A stretch of 64,000 nt of DNA from Ophelia neglecta. Lineage: Eukaryota. Shown here in pieces: positions 12,201-24,475 of this stretch. Position 1 is the stretch's first letter, and every line of letters starts with the position of its first letter. Location: assembly GCA_965285935.1 (NCBI GenBank), contig OZ260661.1, forward strand, positions 94,116,001 through 94,180,000, read 5' to 3'. The translations under genes and the position numbers were made by a program. Below the pieces are notes generated by a model. It saw only the letters and a list, made by a program, of their open reading frames with translations, searched no databases and was not told where the DNA came from.

Positions 12201-15200
12201 ATTCAGAAAGGTCGTGCTTACAAAGAGACTTCAAAAAGTTACTTGTAAAATTATCCCGATTCCCTGTGCAGTGATGGGAAATACCCCACAAATTGCCGCA
12301 GGGCGTTAAATCACATGAAAACCCCATTTCATATGCGCAATAGCTTCTCCCTCCACAAAGAAAAACACATTACCAGCTTTTTGTAAAATGAGCAGCTTTT
12401 CTGCGCGTTGAATGTCGACTTTCAGGGGTCTTTTATTCAGGTTTCAAAGGACCATTATTGGGTGGAGGGGCCTCTCACAAAGGAACGACGGCCATGGCCA
12501 TACCAGCACACTACCTAGAGTGCTGCGATGTGCGTTTTGCCGTCTTCGATTAACTTGTTTTTGTGCTGGCTGGTGATGAATCATGCCTCCGTCACATCAA
12601 AAATGAGGCTGTCCCTTGCAATGGTGGGGAGAGGAGACTTTGATGGGAGACAGTGTCATATCGGCACAATGCCGCGACCATTACTGATCAGGTGGGCCAC
12701 AGGTGGCGGCGGGTAGAGAAACCAGAGACCGGCGCTCTAGCACATTCGCCGAATCGGTTGTCACACCTAATGGCTGAGCCTGACTGCAATAACACCTCTA
12801 TATGGCCAGAAGATCATTTTTCTTAGAAATAAAGTGTGATGTACTACTGTTTGAGTTCCTTTGAAGGCAGAACCCTAGCTCACCTGCCTCCTAGGGTTAC
12901 ACCCTGCCACTTTGCTACGGCCAAAGATATTCATATATGAAAGTAATGAAAGGCGTCAAACGAGATGCTGGGATATTGTAACTACATGTTACTCCAGTTT
13001 TGTCCTTTTGCTGGTGATATTTTCCCTTCCTGCCTGCTTGGCTGGTATGTTTTAGATCTGTCTGATGTTCAGTGTCAGAATGTCATCCCAGTGGCCAAGA
13101 CATCATTCTCTTCCTACTGGCAAAACTTGTCAGCAAGTGTCAGTATGCCAGGAGGTCAAGAGTGGAGGTCTTTGAAGAAGACAGCTTCCTTCTTTGGCTG
13201 TTGGTTCTCTGGTGGCCAGTGGTGGCCGTCACAAGGCTGTATTGACAGGGGTGACAGGCCGAGGACATCAGTCATGACCCAGGATTTAACAGGGCACCGC
13301 TCCATTTACTAGACTCTCACATTTACAGGAACACTCACATTGTTGGGCAAGATGTGGCAAAAACTTTGGGGATTAGAATCTCGAGCAGAAGCAGTGAATG
13401 TAATTTGGTGACTTAGGTGACTGTTGTTCCCATCATATCAGTGTGTGGATGACAGGCTAACTGGGATTTAGCATTCCTTTAGTTCTGTAGAATTTACACT
13501 CATTGTGGAATCAGGTGTGCGAGTCGCAGGCTACAAGAAGGGGCCGACACTTTCTCCAACTATAGTTACCTGGGCTGACATGTAGGCTGGCCACACTACA
13601 AACTCTCCTGTCAACAGTATCATACCTGTTGTTTTTAAAGCAGAACTAGTTGAAATATATCATGTGTATGAGGTTCATGGGCTGTTTTTGTTAGTGTCTA
13701 CTGGTGTGTGGCCAATGTGAGATAGAATGGCAATGTTATCTATTGGTGTATATGCCATTATAATAAAGAATACTTTGATATCACACAGAAATAAAAAAAA
13801 ACCAAGGTTGTTGGAACAAAATAACAGCAAAAACTTTTGAAAATTACATGATCATTCTTCAATGATTTTCACCCTATGGTTTGCTATTCTCTGCTTTTCC
13901 TATACAAAAGCTGTCGATTCGAAAACTTATCAGGCCCAGATCATTTTATACCATAATAGAAACTCATTATATCTATGGAAAGATAAAATCAGATATTAAG
14001 CGCCTGCCTTTATGCTAACGGGATGCAAATGGTCTCTAATTTTTTTTGGTCATATAGTGTGGTAAAATATTTGCCAATATATTTTGGACTGCTGGAAGAC
14101 ATAAACAATGCAATGTGAAGTTCTCTCAATTATTCTTGACTATCCTTGACTTTATCAAAAGACTTTAAGTTGAACATAGCTCCATTAGAGCTTACAAAAC
14201 GGTTAAGTGCTAGGTAAGGTGTGGGAAAATTAAAGCCAAATATAGCTGTAAGATGGATGTTTCCTCAAGTATAGATCTCTAATATCATAAGACATTTAAA
14301 GTTGCTTTATTGATTGCAGCCAATCAAGTTAAATGGATGACTTAACACTTTCACTGCCAAGATTTTCTATTGTGGTTGAAAATATATATGCATGTCAACC
14401 TTTTTCTTCATATTGAGGCAACCTGTGTTTGGGTTATTCCAGAAAATGATTAACTTTGTTGTTTCTAGACTGCACAGCAGCATTAAATATCTCCTGTTCT
14501 TTCTACTGCAGACAATTCTGGCAGTTATGGGGCTTTGTTCACCAATGTCCACATCCGGCAACTTTTAAAAGTAAAAGAGAGTTCATCAGGAGATATTTCG
14601 TAATTACTGGCCTACTTGTAGGTAGTAAGAAAAGATATACAAACAGATAACTAGTATTAATAATTAAAAGATAGAAAGTCTATGCTTTATCATAACTTTG
14701 ACTTAGTACAGAGCTTTAGATTTTCCTCATTCCCAGCACTATGTCTTTGGCCTGAGTGTCTATTGCAATATATATTGATATTCCAATTTCAACCTAAATG
14801 TCAGGTGATAATATCTAGCTCCCTTGAAGATAGGACATTAGGTTATATGGGCGGTCAGAGTAGGTATATAAAGGGTTACATGTTATTATCTGTGTTAATG
14901 CTGCGGTGTAATGGTGTAACGACCCTCCTGCTCTAGTGATGAGCCCATCTGCCCGAGTTATACCTTATATTACCATTATATAGCCCGGATGGCAGAAAAA
15001 TGATCAGTCTTTTACTCGCCATTCATATTTTATATGTCTTCTATCAAGATGAATAGCCTGGTTAGGGCGGTGTCCTGTAGCTATAATGTCTCTTGGCCTC
15101 ATGGCAGGATATTCTTTGTATACCTATAAAACAAAAGAAATCAGCCCTTTAATTTACTGGTATCTGCTTGTATTGTAAAGATAATAGCAAGGCCATTAAA

Positions 15201-18200
15201 AGTCATTGATGGCTTCTGAAATATTCTGATTACTTGAATTTAAAAGGAGCTTAATTTGCTGTTTAGGGCATTGCTGTAATTTAAGGGGACTTATTTCTCT
15301 CAAGGTAGAAGTAAGATATTTAGAATTTTATAATCCAGATTGTTTGATATATTATCCATTACAATGTAATAAGGTTTATAAATAACACTGATTGGTCTTT
15401 GTGATGCTCCTTCTAGCCCCATCCCCCTGCATTGTTTGGTGTTTACATTGCCCTTAATGCCCTTTGGTGAGGGCCCCTCGCTAACCCCCAGCCCCTGGGT
15501 CAGGCTAGGAGACAGGCCAATTACAGTGTGTATAGGTTATGTGCTAAGATCTCAGTGCACACAGCCTCCGGCTGGTGGGGGCTGAGACCAATCAGCCCTC
15601 TCCCAAACACAATGCCCTCTGTAATAGAGTTTATGGATCCTTGGAGACCTGGGCACATTGTGCCAGTCTGGGGAATGATGGGCAGGTCAGAGGGGAGGGG
15701 TGAGGGGTCAGAGCTCCTTGCCAGGCCCCCCTCTCAGATCACCTGCCTCGGACAATAGCCTCCCATCTTTATGTTCTCCTGTAGCCAAGCAGCACTAATT
15801 ACTGTCGCTTTTGATTAAAGCTGACTCCCGGTGCGCCCGACCCCTGACCCTCGGGCTGCCCTCCGTGCCCATAACGACCAGGCTAACGGCCCGGCTCCCC
15901 GCCACAGTCCCCCTCGAGTCCCCAACCCTTTGTCCAAGCGGCCCCGGATATGGCTGGGGCTGACAGCTCTGCTGATTTCTCCCTTCATAAAGCTCGCCAT
16001 GGCCCCCCATAAATCTGACACAGCGCGTAAGTCTGCAGACCTCATGACCCCACACCAAAAAATACAATGGTAGCACATGAATTTTTGAGGAGGTATGTCC
16101 ACTTGGCCGGAGCAGTGGGGCTCGCCCGAGCAGCCACTTCCTGCCATAGCTCTGCCCAACAGACATAAGTGGACAGGCCAGGCCTGGGTGAAGTATCTGC
16201 CCATCACTTGGCCGCACAAAACCTGATTTATCTCTCACACACCTTCTTTATGAACAAAAGGTAGAAATATGGTTATGAGTTTATGAAGTCAGCTATGGAC
16301 ATAAACCAAACACAGTTCCCTTGCCATCAAGCCCGCTGAGAATCGTAACTCCAAAACTCTGACCCCATAAACTTTCTTCGTTGTGGGTGCATCTTAGCTT
16401 TAAACTTGTATTAAAGAGTTGACCAAAAAGTTACAGCACTTTAACTTAGAAGTGGAGCCGTGCGAGTAAGGGATTAGACTTAAGACAAATGGGACACTCC
16501 GCCTTGTGAGGCTTCCAGCCCCATTAGACTGAGGCTATCATAGGAGTGTATGTCCCAACAATCTCATAATGACAATTACCTGGCTGCCCATTACCTTTTA
16601 TCAACAACTGCACACAGGGCGACCTATTCCAGCAGCAAAGGATGCCCTCTTTAATAAACGACTGCAGGTGAATAGAACTTTTATCAATGTCCACCTTCGG
16701 GCAACAACAAAAAGGCCGTGTGAGCCCTAGAGGCCACTACTGGCAGGGCAGAGAACACATATCTTTATAATGTGCTCCCTGGGAGCTGAGATGACCTGCT
16801 CTTTGTAGCCGTAATGGTCATCAATAGGCCTGCTCTGTGCCTGTGAACCCTGTCAGGGCCGGGAGGTAGTTAGCGGCCCAGGAACACCGCCTGCCACCCA
16901 GGATTAGTATGCACAGCGGCCCGGCGATTCCTGCCTCGCCCTGATATTAACGTGTAAGGAGGGACCCAGTCACCATCATTCCCTGCAATCATCTTGTAGA
17001 TTCCTTCATTACAAGTTAGATGCCGGAGTAGCTAGCATGGCCAGCATTTATGATGTGGTCCTGATGCTTGTTTATCAGAATCATGATGTTGTACACAAAG
17101 CAATGCAGGTAAAACAAAGCACTCTACAACCAATCACTCCAATTTACATGCAGGCACCAATTTTAACAAAGAATCTTATATAATCTTGAATTTAATTATT
17201 TTTATACTGCCCTATTGCAAAGTCAATACTTGAAGTGATTTTGACTAACATTTGTTTTGGGGGATGTTAGTGAGCCAGGGTAGCCATGAGACTCAATGGA
17301 ATCAAGGACCGTTACTTCTGCAGGTTGCTCTCACCTCAGTTCAGCCGCTATCTGTGAAGCTGTAATGGCCTTTTTGCCCATATATCCCATAAATCCTGAA
17401 CAAGATTCTTGTACCACTTCTGAGTTTTTGCCTAGCAGATTTCTAGAGAGAGACAGGCGGTGGAGACCCATGGTGTGTCTTTGAACCATTTGAGCAATGT
17501 TAATGCCAGAATTTTGCGTGTATAAATCACGTCGATATTGCTGCATCTGTGCTCGAGGTATTTGCCCATAGGTGATTGCCGAGAATCTATGACCAATTCT
17601 TTTCTCATATTTTCGGGAACAGAATTCCCTCAGTAACGCATCTATGGAATTTTTGTATACGTATTAGAAATGAAGTTTTATGGCAATATGAAAATGAAAT
17701 TGAATATGAGCTAACTTTATTGGAAATGGACGCAGTTTTTGCGCTTTCCAAACTAGTGTATGAATATATTTGGAAAAAGAAATAATTTCTTCTAGATGTG
17801 ACACATTCCAATTGTTTCAGGACTATTGCCTTTATGGAAAAGGGATCCTTCATTACCTGTAATCACAGTAGTCAGCAATATTTTGCCACCAATTAATCTG
17901 GTCAGATCGGCCCGTCGCATGCCATCTATGTTTGAGAGGCAGGTTGGCCATGTCTGAGGAATGTGGACTTGATGCGGTTGTGATTTGGCGGGTCGTGATG
18001 GCGGCTGTCATTTCGACCGGTTCGCAGTGGGCGACCCGGGTCAAAGACACGGATGCCAATACCCAAGATGGATGAGCTTTCTCGCCAATATTACATTCAC
18101 ATCTCAATTCGAGCAATCCCTGGCATTCTCCTAATTCAGGGAGAAGATTGGTTGTGTGGCCAGGCAGGCGCGCTCAGTCAAAAGAGCAGAAAAATGCTGC

Positions 18201-21200
18201 TGGCAGCTCGTTATTGCCTACAAAATATGCCAAGTGAGGCTCAAAGCTATATCAGCTTTGCTGAGCCACACTACAATTTCATTTACTAGTACCTTCAGCT
18301 TTATATATAGACATTACAACAGCTACATAAGTGCCCTAAAAGCTATATACTTTGTGGAACCTTTTTGATGAAAGAAACATCCTATTTGTCATACCAGAAC
18401 TTTGCCTGATTCTGCTGGATGGTTTCAGCAAGTCATAGCAAGAGCGGGTATTTATAGAAAGTTAAATTGCCAAACTTGGGTGGCATGGTCCCATGTCAGG
18501 AGCTGGGCTTGCGACCATTTATATCAATTAAGCCAATGTAGTCGGGAGGACGGGCAGGGCAAGCCGGCTGCTCTTGGGGCGAGTCTCATCGCACTGCACA
18601 CATCCCATGATATTAGACAATTTACACCAACCCACAGGAGTCCATGAAGACAGAGCCCAAGATCAGGCCACCAATTACCTTGTGGAATTATTGAATGCAT
18701 CCAAGGCGGACACTAGAGCGCTGGCTGGCCAGGCAGACTAGTAGGTCCCTCTTGTTGATTTCCCCTACAAACCTCTTGTGTCTCTTAACATTTACCCTGA
18801 CACTCAGGGGTGGCCACTACATACACCAGTCTAGTGTGTGTAGTGTAGGTAAAGTGCTCCGGAGCAGGGCTGTCTGGCTGGAGCTTCAAGAGCCTACTTG
18901 ACTTCTTTGTTTGATACATCAGACTGTCTGCTCACCCTTAGGGGATGACTGTTGACCTTGCTGCTCACTGTCTGCCTCTGTCTCTTTCTCTGTCTCTCTG
19001 TTAGTCCCTCTCCTCCTCCAATCACAGACAAACCTGCCCTGCTCATCTAGTGAGCAATGCCCCATCGGCTCAATGGTGAGGGCCTCTGAGCAATTTGAGC
19101 CTCGCTCTATTCTCAAGAGGTAAAATGGGAGAATCCTAGGTGCTCAACTGGGAGAAATAAAGTTTGATTTTTTTTCACATAGACTGGGCTAATGGCATCA
19201 TTTTCCACAATGTTACATAAATCCAGATCACATCGCTGACATGACTAAAAAATGTTCTATCTGGATACCACTCCAGGGTAAAAACACCATCTTAAACAAA
19301 CTCAACCAAATTGTGCTCAACTCTACCAGGACTTGCCTATGTTTAGAAAGTCATGGGCCTTAACAAGCTCGGTAGATTAACAAAAAGAACTACTTTTTGG
19401 TTTCATTTGATAGAAACATAGGGACCTAGTTGAAGAATAAGGCATGGGATTTGATCATGCAGCTTCTTAATTTTATTGAGATCAGCGCCAAACCAATGAT
19501 CACCTGGTTAGTCAGTTGGCTCTAACAATAAAAAGTCTGCTTTGTGAAATATATTTGATCAAAGATTGTCTTCATTCAGTTGGGCCACTGTGATTTGTAC
19601 AATGTTTAAATCTTGGGAAATGTAGTCATCTAGAAATTGTCCATGAGAGTTCTTGGAGTCGCTGGGCTGTCCTTACAACCTACCTCCCCCCCTTCCCCTC
19701 CCCTCCCCAAGACATAAATCACCATTACCGACCCTCATGCCTGCCATGACAAAGGCTTGCTTAGCAATTGGTAGTGCTGAGTGGACCAGCTTGATTCTCG
19801 TACTGATTTATCCTGACGTTCATGGAGCTTTAATTGTACTGTTTGGCCTGTCATTGACCAAACTCCACAGCTGACAAACAACAAAGCTTAGATTTAATAC
19901 AGGCTAGGCCAAAGTGGACTGAGTTTGTCTTATGGTGTTCCCTTCTTGCCATCATTGCTGTAGCAACCATTGTCATGGTAACTTGACAGGCTATCTGGTT
20001 GTGAAATCTTGAGTATGCTCGGATGAGCAAGTCTTCTTGGTGTGGACAAATCTGTGCCATGGCTGAGCACCCCCCTCCTCTCGGCTGAGCCGTCTCATTA
20101 TCCTCTGCCATTGACTGTAGGTAACACTAATATGTGAAGTGATTGTATGGCTAGTGGATCATGGGCTGCTTTTAACAGCAGCTGGGTCTGTAGTTAACAC
20201 CCTAATATAAGTCATTAAATAGTGAAATGGTAGAAAGTAATAACTGGTTATTTTCATTTTGTAAACATTTCTAGTTTCATTCAGGTAAGTCAGTTCCGTC
20301 TCTGGCCAGTCTATCGGCTGTTGTGTTCAGGACAGCCTTCCCTTCTGGACCAAGCTCAGAACCATTAAAGTTTGGCTGGCCAGCAGGAGAACAGGCCAAG
20401 AGCAGCAGGATTGTGTGGCCCTCATTTGGCAGCCATTGCTCATGTGGGATTCCAGTTCAAATCCCCTCTCTCAACAAGGCCTTGTTTTGGCGATTTTTAT
20501 CGCTGGCCAGTCGGGAAATCCTGGCAATCCCATAAATCTTGGTGGCTGATCCCCGACCGTCCGGCTCTTGGGCTGAGGTCCATCGACGGGCAGGGATAGC
20601 CACTCTCCATCGATCAGACTGATCAATATTTTGTCTTCGCGATCCACTCGCTTGTGTCTAAATCCTGGACCATCCACAAATGAGCAGTTAATGTTGGCTG
20701 CAGGGATTGCCATTGGGAGTGGGGTTCAACTCCAGGCCTGATGTATGCAACTTAAAGGCTATTATTCCACACAAGTACAATAGAACTCCGTTTAAATTCA
20801 TTAGATTGCCCTTTGTGTGGAGCCAATTGAGAACATGGTAACTGATTTACTGATCCTCTTGTGCCATTTGACCTCTGTTTGCTCAGAACACAATAAATGC
20901 CTATTTGCCTGGTTTAGAGCAGGTTTTACTCAACTATGGATGAGCACAAACCTGTGTCACCTGCTACTGAACAAAGAAATGCTCAGGTTCTAAAAAAGTT
21001 TTAAAAGAAGACAATTAGGAAAAAACACTTTAAAATTGACTTCATAATTTTATGAAAGTTACTTTAGATCAAGTACTTTTTTAGAGTTAGGACTTTTTGC
21101 CTACTTAATGGTGACCAATGCCAACAGCACTTAGCTAATAAATCGATTTAATAATTATTTCGTTATTAATTATTTACTTTATTTCACCAAAAATAAAACT

Positions 21201-21367
21201 TGATTCATTAATTCATCAAAAATGATTTTTAAGCATACTACTTTAATATCTATTACTACATGAAGCAGTCAAAGCACCTTATTCAGATGTGTAATGGATA
21301 TGTATAGAATTGTGTTTGTTCTCAATGTTTTGTTATGTTTCTCAAAATCTTTTCTTGTCTATTTTAG
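9273..21367 (+). other. Meis last intron, ~12.1 kb, GT-AG (may hide alternative or micro-exons)
   Basis: Bounded by a GTAAGA donor and a TAG acceptor. The reading frame is consistent across it. Confidence 0.8.
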
Positions 21368-21618
21368 GTATGCAGGGTATGCCGGGTGACATGTACGGGG
21401 CTTCTCCTAACCATAGCTCGTATTCTCAGATGTCTCATCTTCGTCCGCCAGTCCACTCGCAAGCCATGCTCATCCCAGGCCACCCTCATGCCATGATGAT
21501 GGCCCACGGCGGCCACATGGGCCACATGGGCCACCACGGCATCCCCAACACGCAGTCGCCGCCCCTGCACTCCGGCATGGACGGAATGGGACATATACAA
21601 GACATCCACGCGGGATAG
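21368..21618 (+). CDS. Meis: Meis terminal coding exon: (G)MQGMPGDMYGASPNHSSYSQMSHLRPPVHSQAMLIPGHPHAMMMAHGGHMGHMGHHGIPNTQSPPLHSGMDGMGHIQDIHAG*
   Basis: Long pyrimidine tract plus TAG acceptor (AG 21366-21367), in frame at phase 1 with exon 9198-9272. The motifs IPGHPH and DIHA* match the long (Meis1b-type) C-terminus. ORF track entry 21310..21618 includes 58 nt of intron. Confidence 0.93.
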
Positions 21619-24475
21619 GCCCGGCTGTCCTCGGCTAGCCTATAACAAACTTTACACTACCATCACCTGTACAAAGCTGCATTCTGTATACCACGTCTTC
21701 TGTACTACTAACTTATCAGTTATAAACTGAGACTGACTCGCACTTACAATAGAGACACTCTCTCATCTGAACACAGGAGAGTGTGGCAGTAGGAAATTGA
21801 CATGTGACTGAGGCTAGGCTTGCTTGATCTGAAGGGGTACAAGGATCACTCTGTGACCCACAATAAAAAACACTCGCACCCCTCCATCATTGATATTAGT
21901 AGTTCTAAACTACTTGCACCAAGGATTCTCACCAACAGGTGGCACTGTCTGGCCAAGTAGCCGGTGGAGCTAGGAAAGGATGTGATCTTTTCACCTCCAC
22001 CCTTGAAGAGCTACAATCTTCATCTTGGCCTCACTTTATGGCGCCAGTATCACCACGGAGGACATCGTTCAGCAACAGGAGAATGGACAATGAGCAGTGG
22101 TAGGAATGAAACTGATCGCTGGATGCAGACCACTAACCGTGAAGAATCTTAGTTCTTATCACTGAATATTGACTGTTAGATAGGACTGCATCATCTGATC
22201 ATATTGTGTATCGTAAACTGACTTTAGGTATATACAAAGCAGAATACACACAGCCAGAATGCTGATGTCTTCTAGTGCTCTTTCGGAGAGCAACGGCATC
22301 CTAATCATGTGTACCAGGGGCAAACTCTATATCCTTTCTTTTGAACAAACAGTTGAATGAAACTTGTATATGGTATTTAGTTGATGGACGTCTGCAGTTG
22401 ACACATGGACAAGGGAGTTGCAATCACATCGAAATGGAGTTCTCAGGAACCAAATAAACTCTGTTGAAATTCACCAAATCCACATGATATGTAGGTCAAT
22501 TCTTTGCAAAGTTTCACACCAAATTTTTTGGATTGTAGACTACAGAGAACAATACAAACCATGAAATGTTTTACATGTACAATTTGTGTAAATGTGCATT
22601 ATTTTATCCTGGGATGAAAGGCGTCAGAGAGTAAATTGTAGAAACGTCGGTGTGTGTATGTCTAAACTAGTCACATTGTTCTAAGTTTTGGCAGAAATAT
22701 TTTGTTGGTCCACATAAATTTGGTTGTGTCTTGGGGCAATATATAGTTGACTTGAATTGTGTCTGAAGCATAATAAAGTTTTATATTTCCTCATTTAGAC
22801 AGAATATATTGTATCCCTTGAGAGATGGTATCACACGGGCATGTATCAATTATTCTTTGACTCCTGTTATACCTTGTACAGGTCTGCAGGCCTCTTGGAC
22901 TTAACCTTGTTAGGTGAAATGTGGCTATTCGTCTCAATTGTTATATATTGTATAGACAATCCCAGTCCTGCTCTGGTTTAGTAGAGAAAATTATCCTAGG
23001 CTTGCATTGCTCCTGATCTCAAAGCATAGCTGTATATCATATGGCCTCTCTGGCATCAGGATCGCATCTCCTTCAAACAATCAGATAATTTAAATAGTAA
23101 ATGTTAATCAATTTGGTAGTGATGCCCAATTATCGTATGATATAATTTGTTAAAGCTGAGAGATGTAAATGTACAATGTGTGTTCAAATGCCACTGTATT
23201 ATTAAGAAAGATGAACTGAACCTCAGCTTATTGTAGATATGGTACATACATGGTAATATACCTCACTATGTAGGGCAGCCTGAGTGCAACGTTGCACATT
23301 AACTGAGCAATGGTCAGAGTTCATGGTCTAAGGCCAAGGTCATGGTCACAATCAGAGGTCATGACCTGTCGTCCCTTGCTCTGACCCTAAATGGAACAAA
23401 GTATGTATGGAGTGGAATGCTAAAGCGCCTGATCGTGTTCATGCTAGATCAATTTTTTTAAGTCTGGGAATTGTTCTCCCTAGTTTTCCGTGACGCCTTT
23501 GGTGCTTGTAGCATGCGGTTAAAACTAACTTTCTTCATGGTTGTGAGTCTATCTAGGAGGGAATGGAAGGTTTTTATCGCTTGACGAGAGTGATTCACCA
23601 TACAACTACCACATAATCAGTATGATAATAATTAATGAAAAATAATTATGATAATAAACTTTCCAGAAATGATTGGGTAAAATTGATAAAAACTGGGTAA
23701 ACTTTACTTATTGTGTATACAAGTTTTACAGACCATTTAGATTTTGACTGTCCACATGAGTTGAATTGATTTGCCCCCATCTTATAAACATTAATTCTTT
23801 CTCTATCCCTGTATGGTTTCTCACCATGGAAACCTGGGACAAATTGTGTAAATTTACCCTTCGCAAATGGGTAAACAGCGTAAAGTTTGACTTTACTTTG
23901 TGTAGTGTAAACTGTAAACATATATGTACAGTTGTAAATGGAATTGACAGTTATGTTGCCTGTGTCCTGTTACCACAATCAAGTCTCATGTAGTGAAATT
24001 TGTATGTAGAACCCGACATCTCTTGACAATGTTCATGTATCCTCAACTGTATTTTAGTCTTAACCGATCGTAGGTACAGTGTTTTGATACAGACCAGACA
24101 ACATGTATAAAATATTTAATATTATGGAAAACAAGTGAATGGACATTTTGTAATACATACTTGTAAAAAGCTTTAAAAAGAAAGATATTTGGTCGCCATT
24201 AGTTTGCAACGAGCATTTTTCTTTCTGATGTCTTCCTCCCTTTGGGAAGCCGTCTGCTTTCTTAATGACAATCTGAGTCTCCCCTTAACAGGGGGCGACT
24301 GTGTTTCTTTTCGCTATATTTAATTCTTGGCATTTATAATGGTAGCTTATAATCAGTCATCAATGTAGCCAGTTGTATATATGATTTAATCAGGTCATTG
24401 ATAACACACAACTTTTATGATACAAGTTAGGCCGGACGAAGTAATCAGATTTTAAATAAAATGAGTTCTTACAAA
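21619..24475 (+). other. Putative Meis 3' UTR with several candidate poly(A) signals
   Basis: AU- and TGTA-rich sequence after the stop codon. AATAAA at 21862, 22453, 22772 and 24455, the last followed by a T-rich downstream stretch. The end coordinate is a guess. Confidence 0.55.
23311..23367. promoter_or_regulatory. Cluster of nuclear-receptor half-sites including a perfect IR0 palindrome AGGTCATGACCT
   Basis: TGGTCA-g-AGTTCA (DR1-like), CCAAGGTCA, TGGTCA and AGGTCATGACCT (23356-23367) all lie within 57 bp. Confidence 0.35.

Noticed and set aside
13346-13367. GGGCAAGATGTGGCA resembling miR-31
   Set aside because: Has an indel and 3' mismatches against the mature sequence, and no complementary star arm downstream.
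15795-16238. Overlapping 147, 134 and 80 aa ORFs
   Set aside because: A by-product of locally high GC inside the intron. No homology and no coherent splice signals.
21364-21609. 81-aa antisense ORF
   Set aside because: Shadow of the GC3-rich Meis terminal exon.
23259-23265. let-7 7mer-A1 seed match (TACCTCA) in the 3' UTR
   Set aside because: A single 7-mer in ~2.9 kb is not distinguishable from chance without conservation data.
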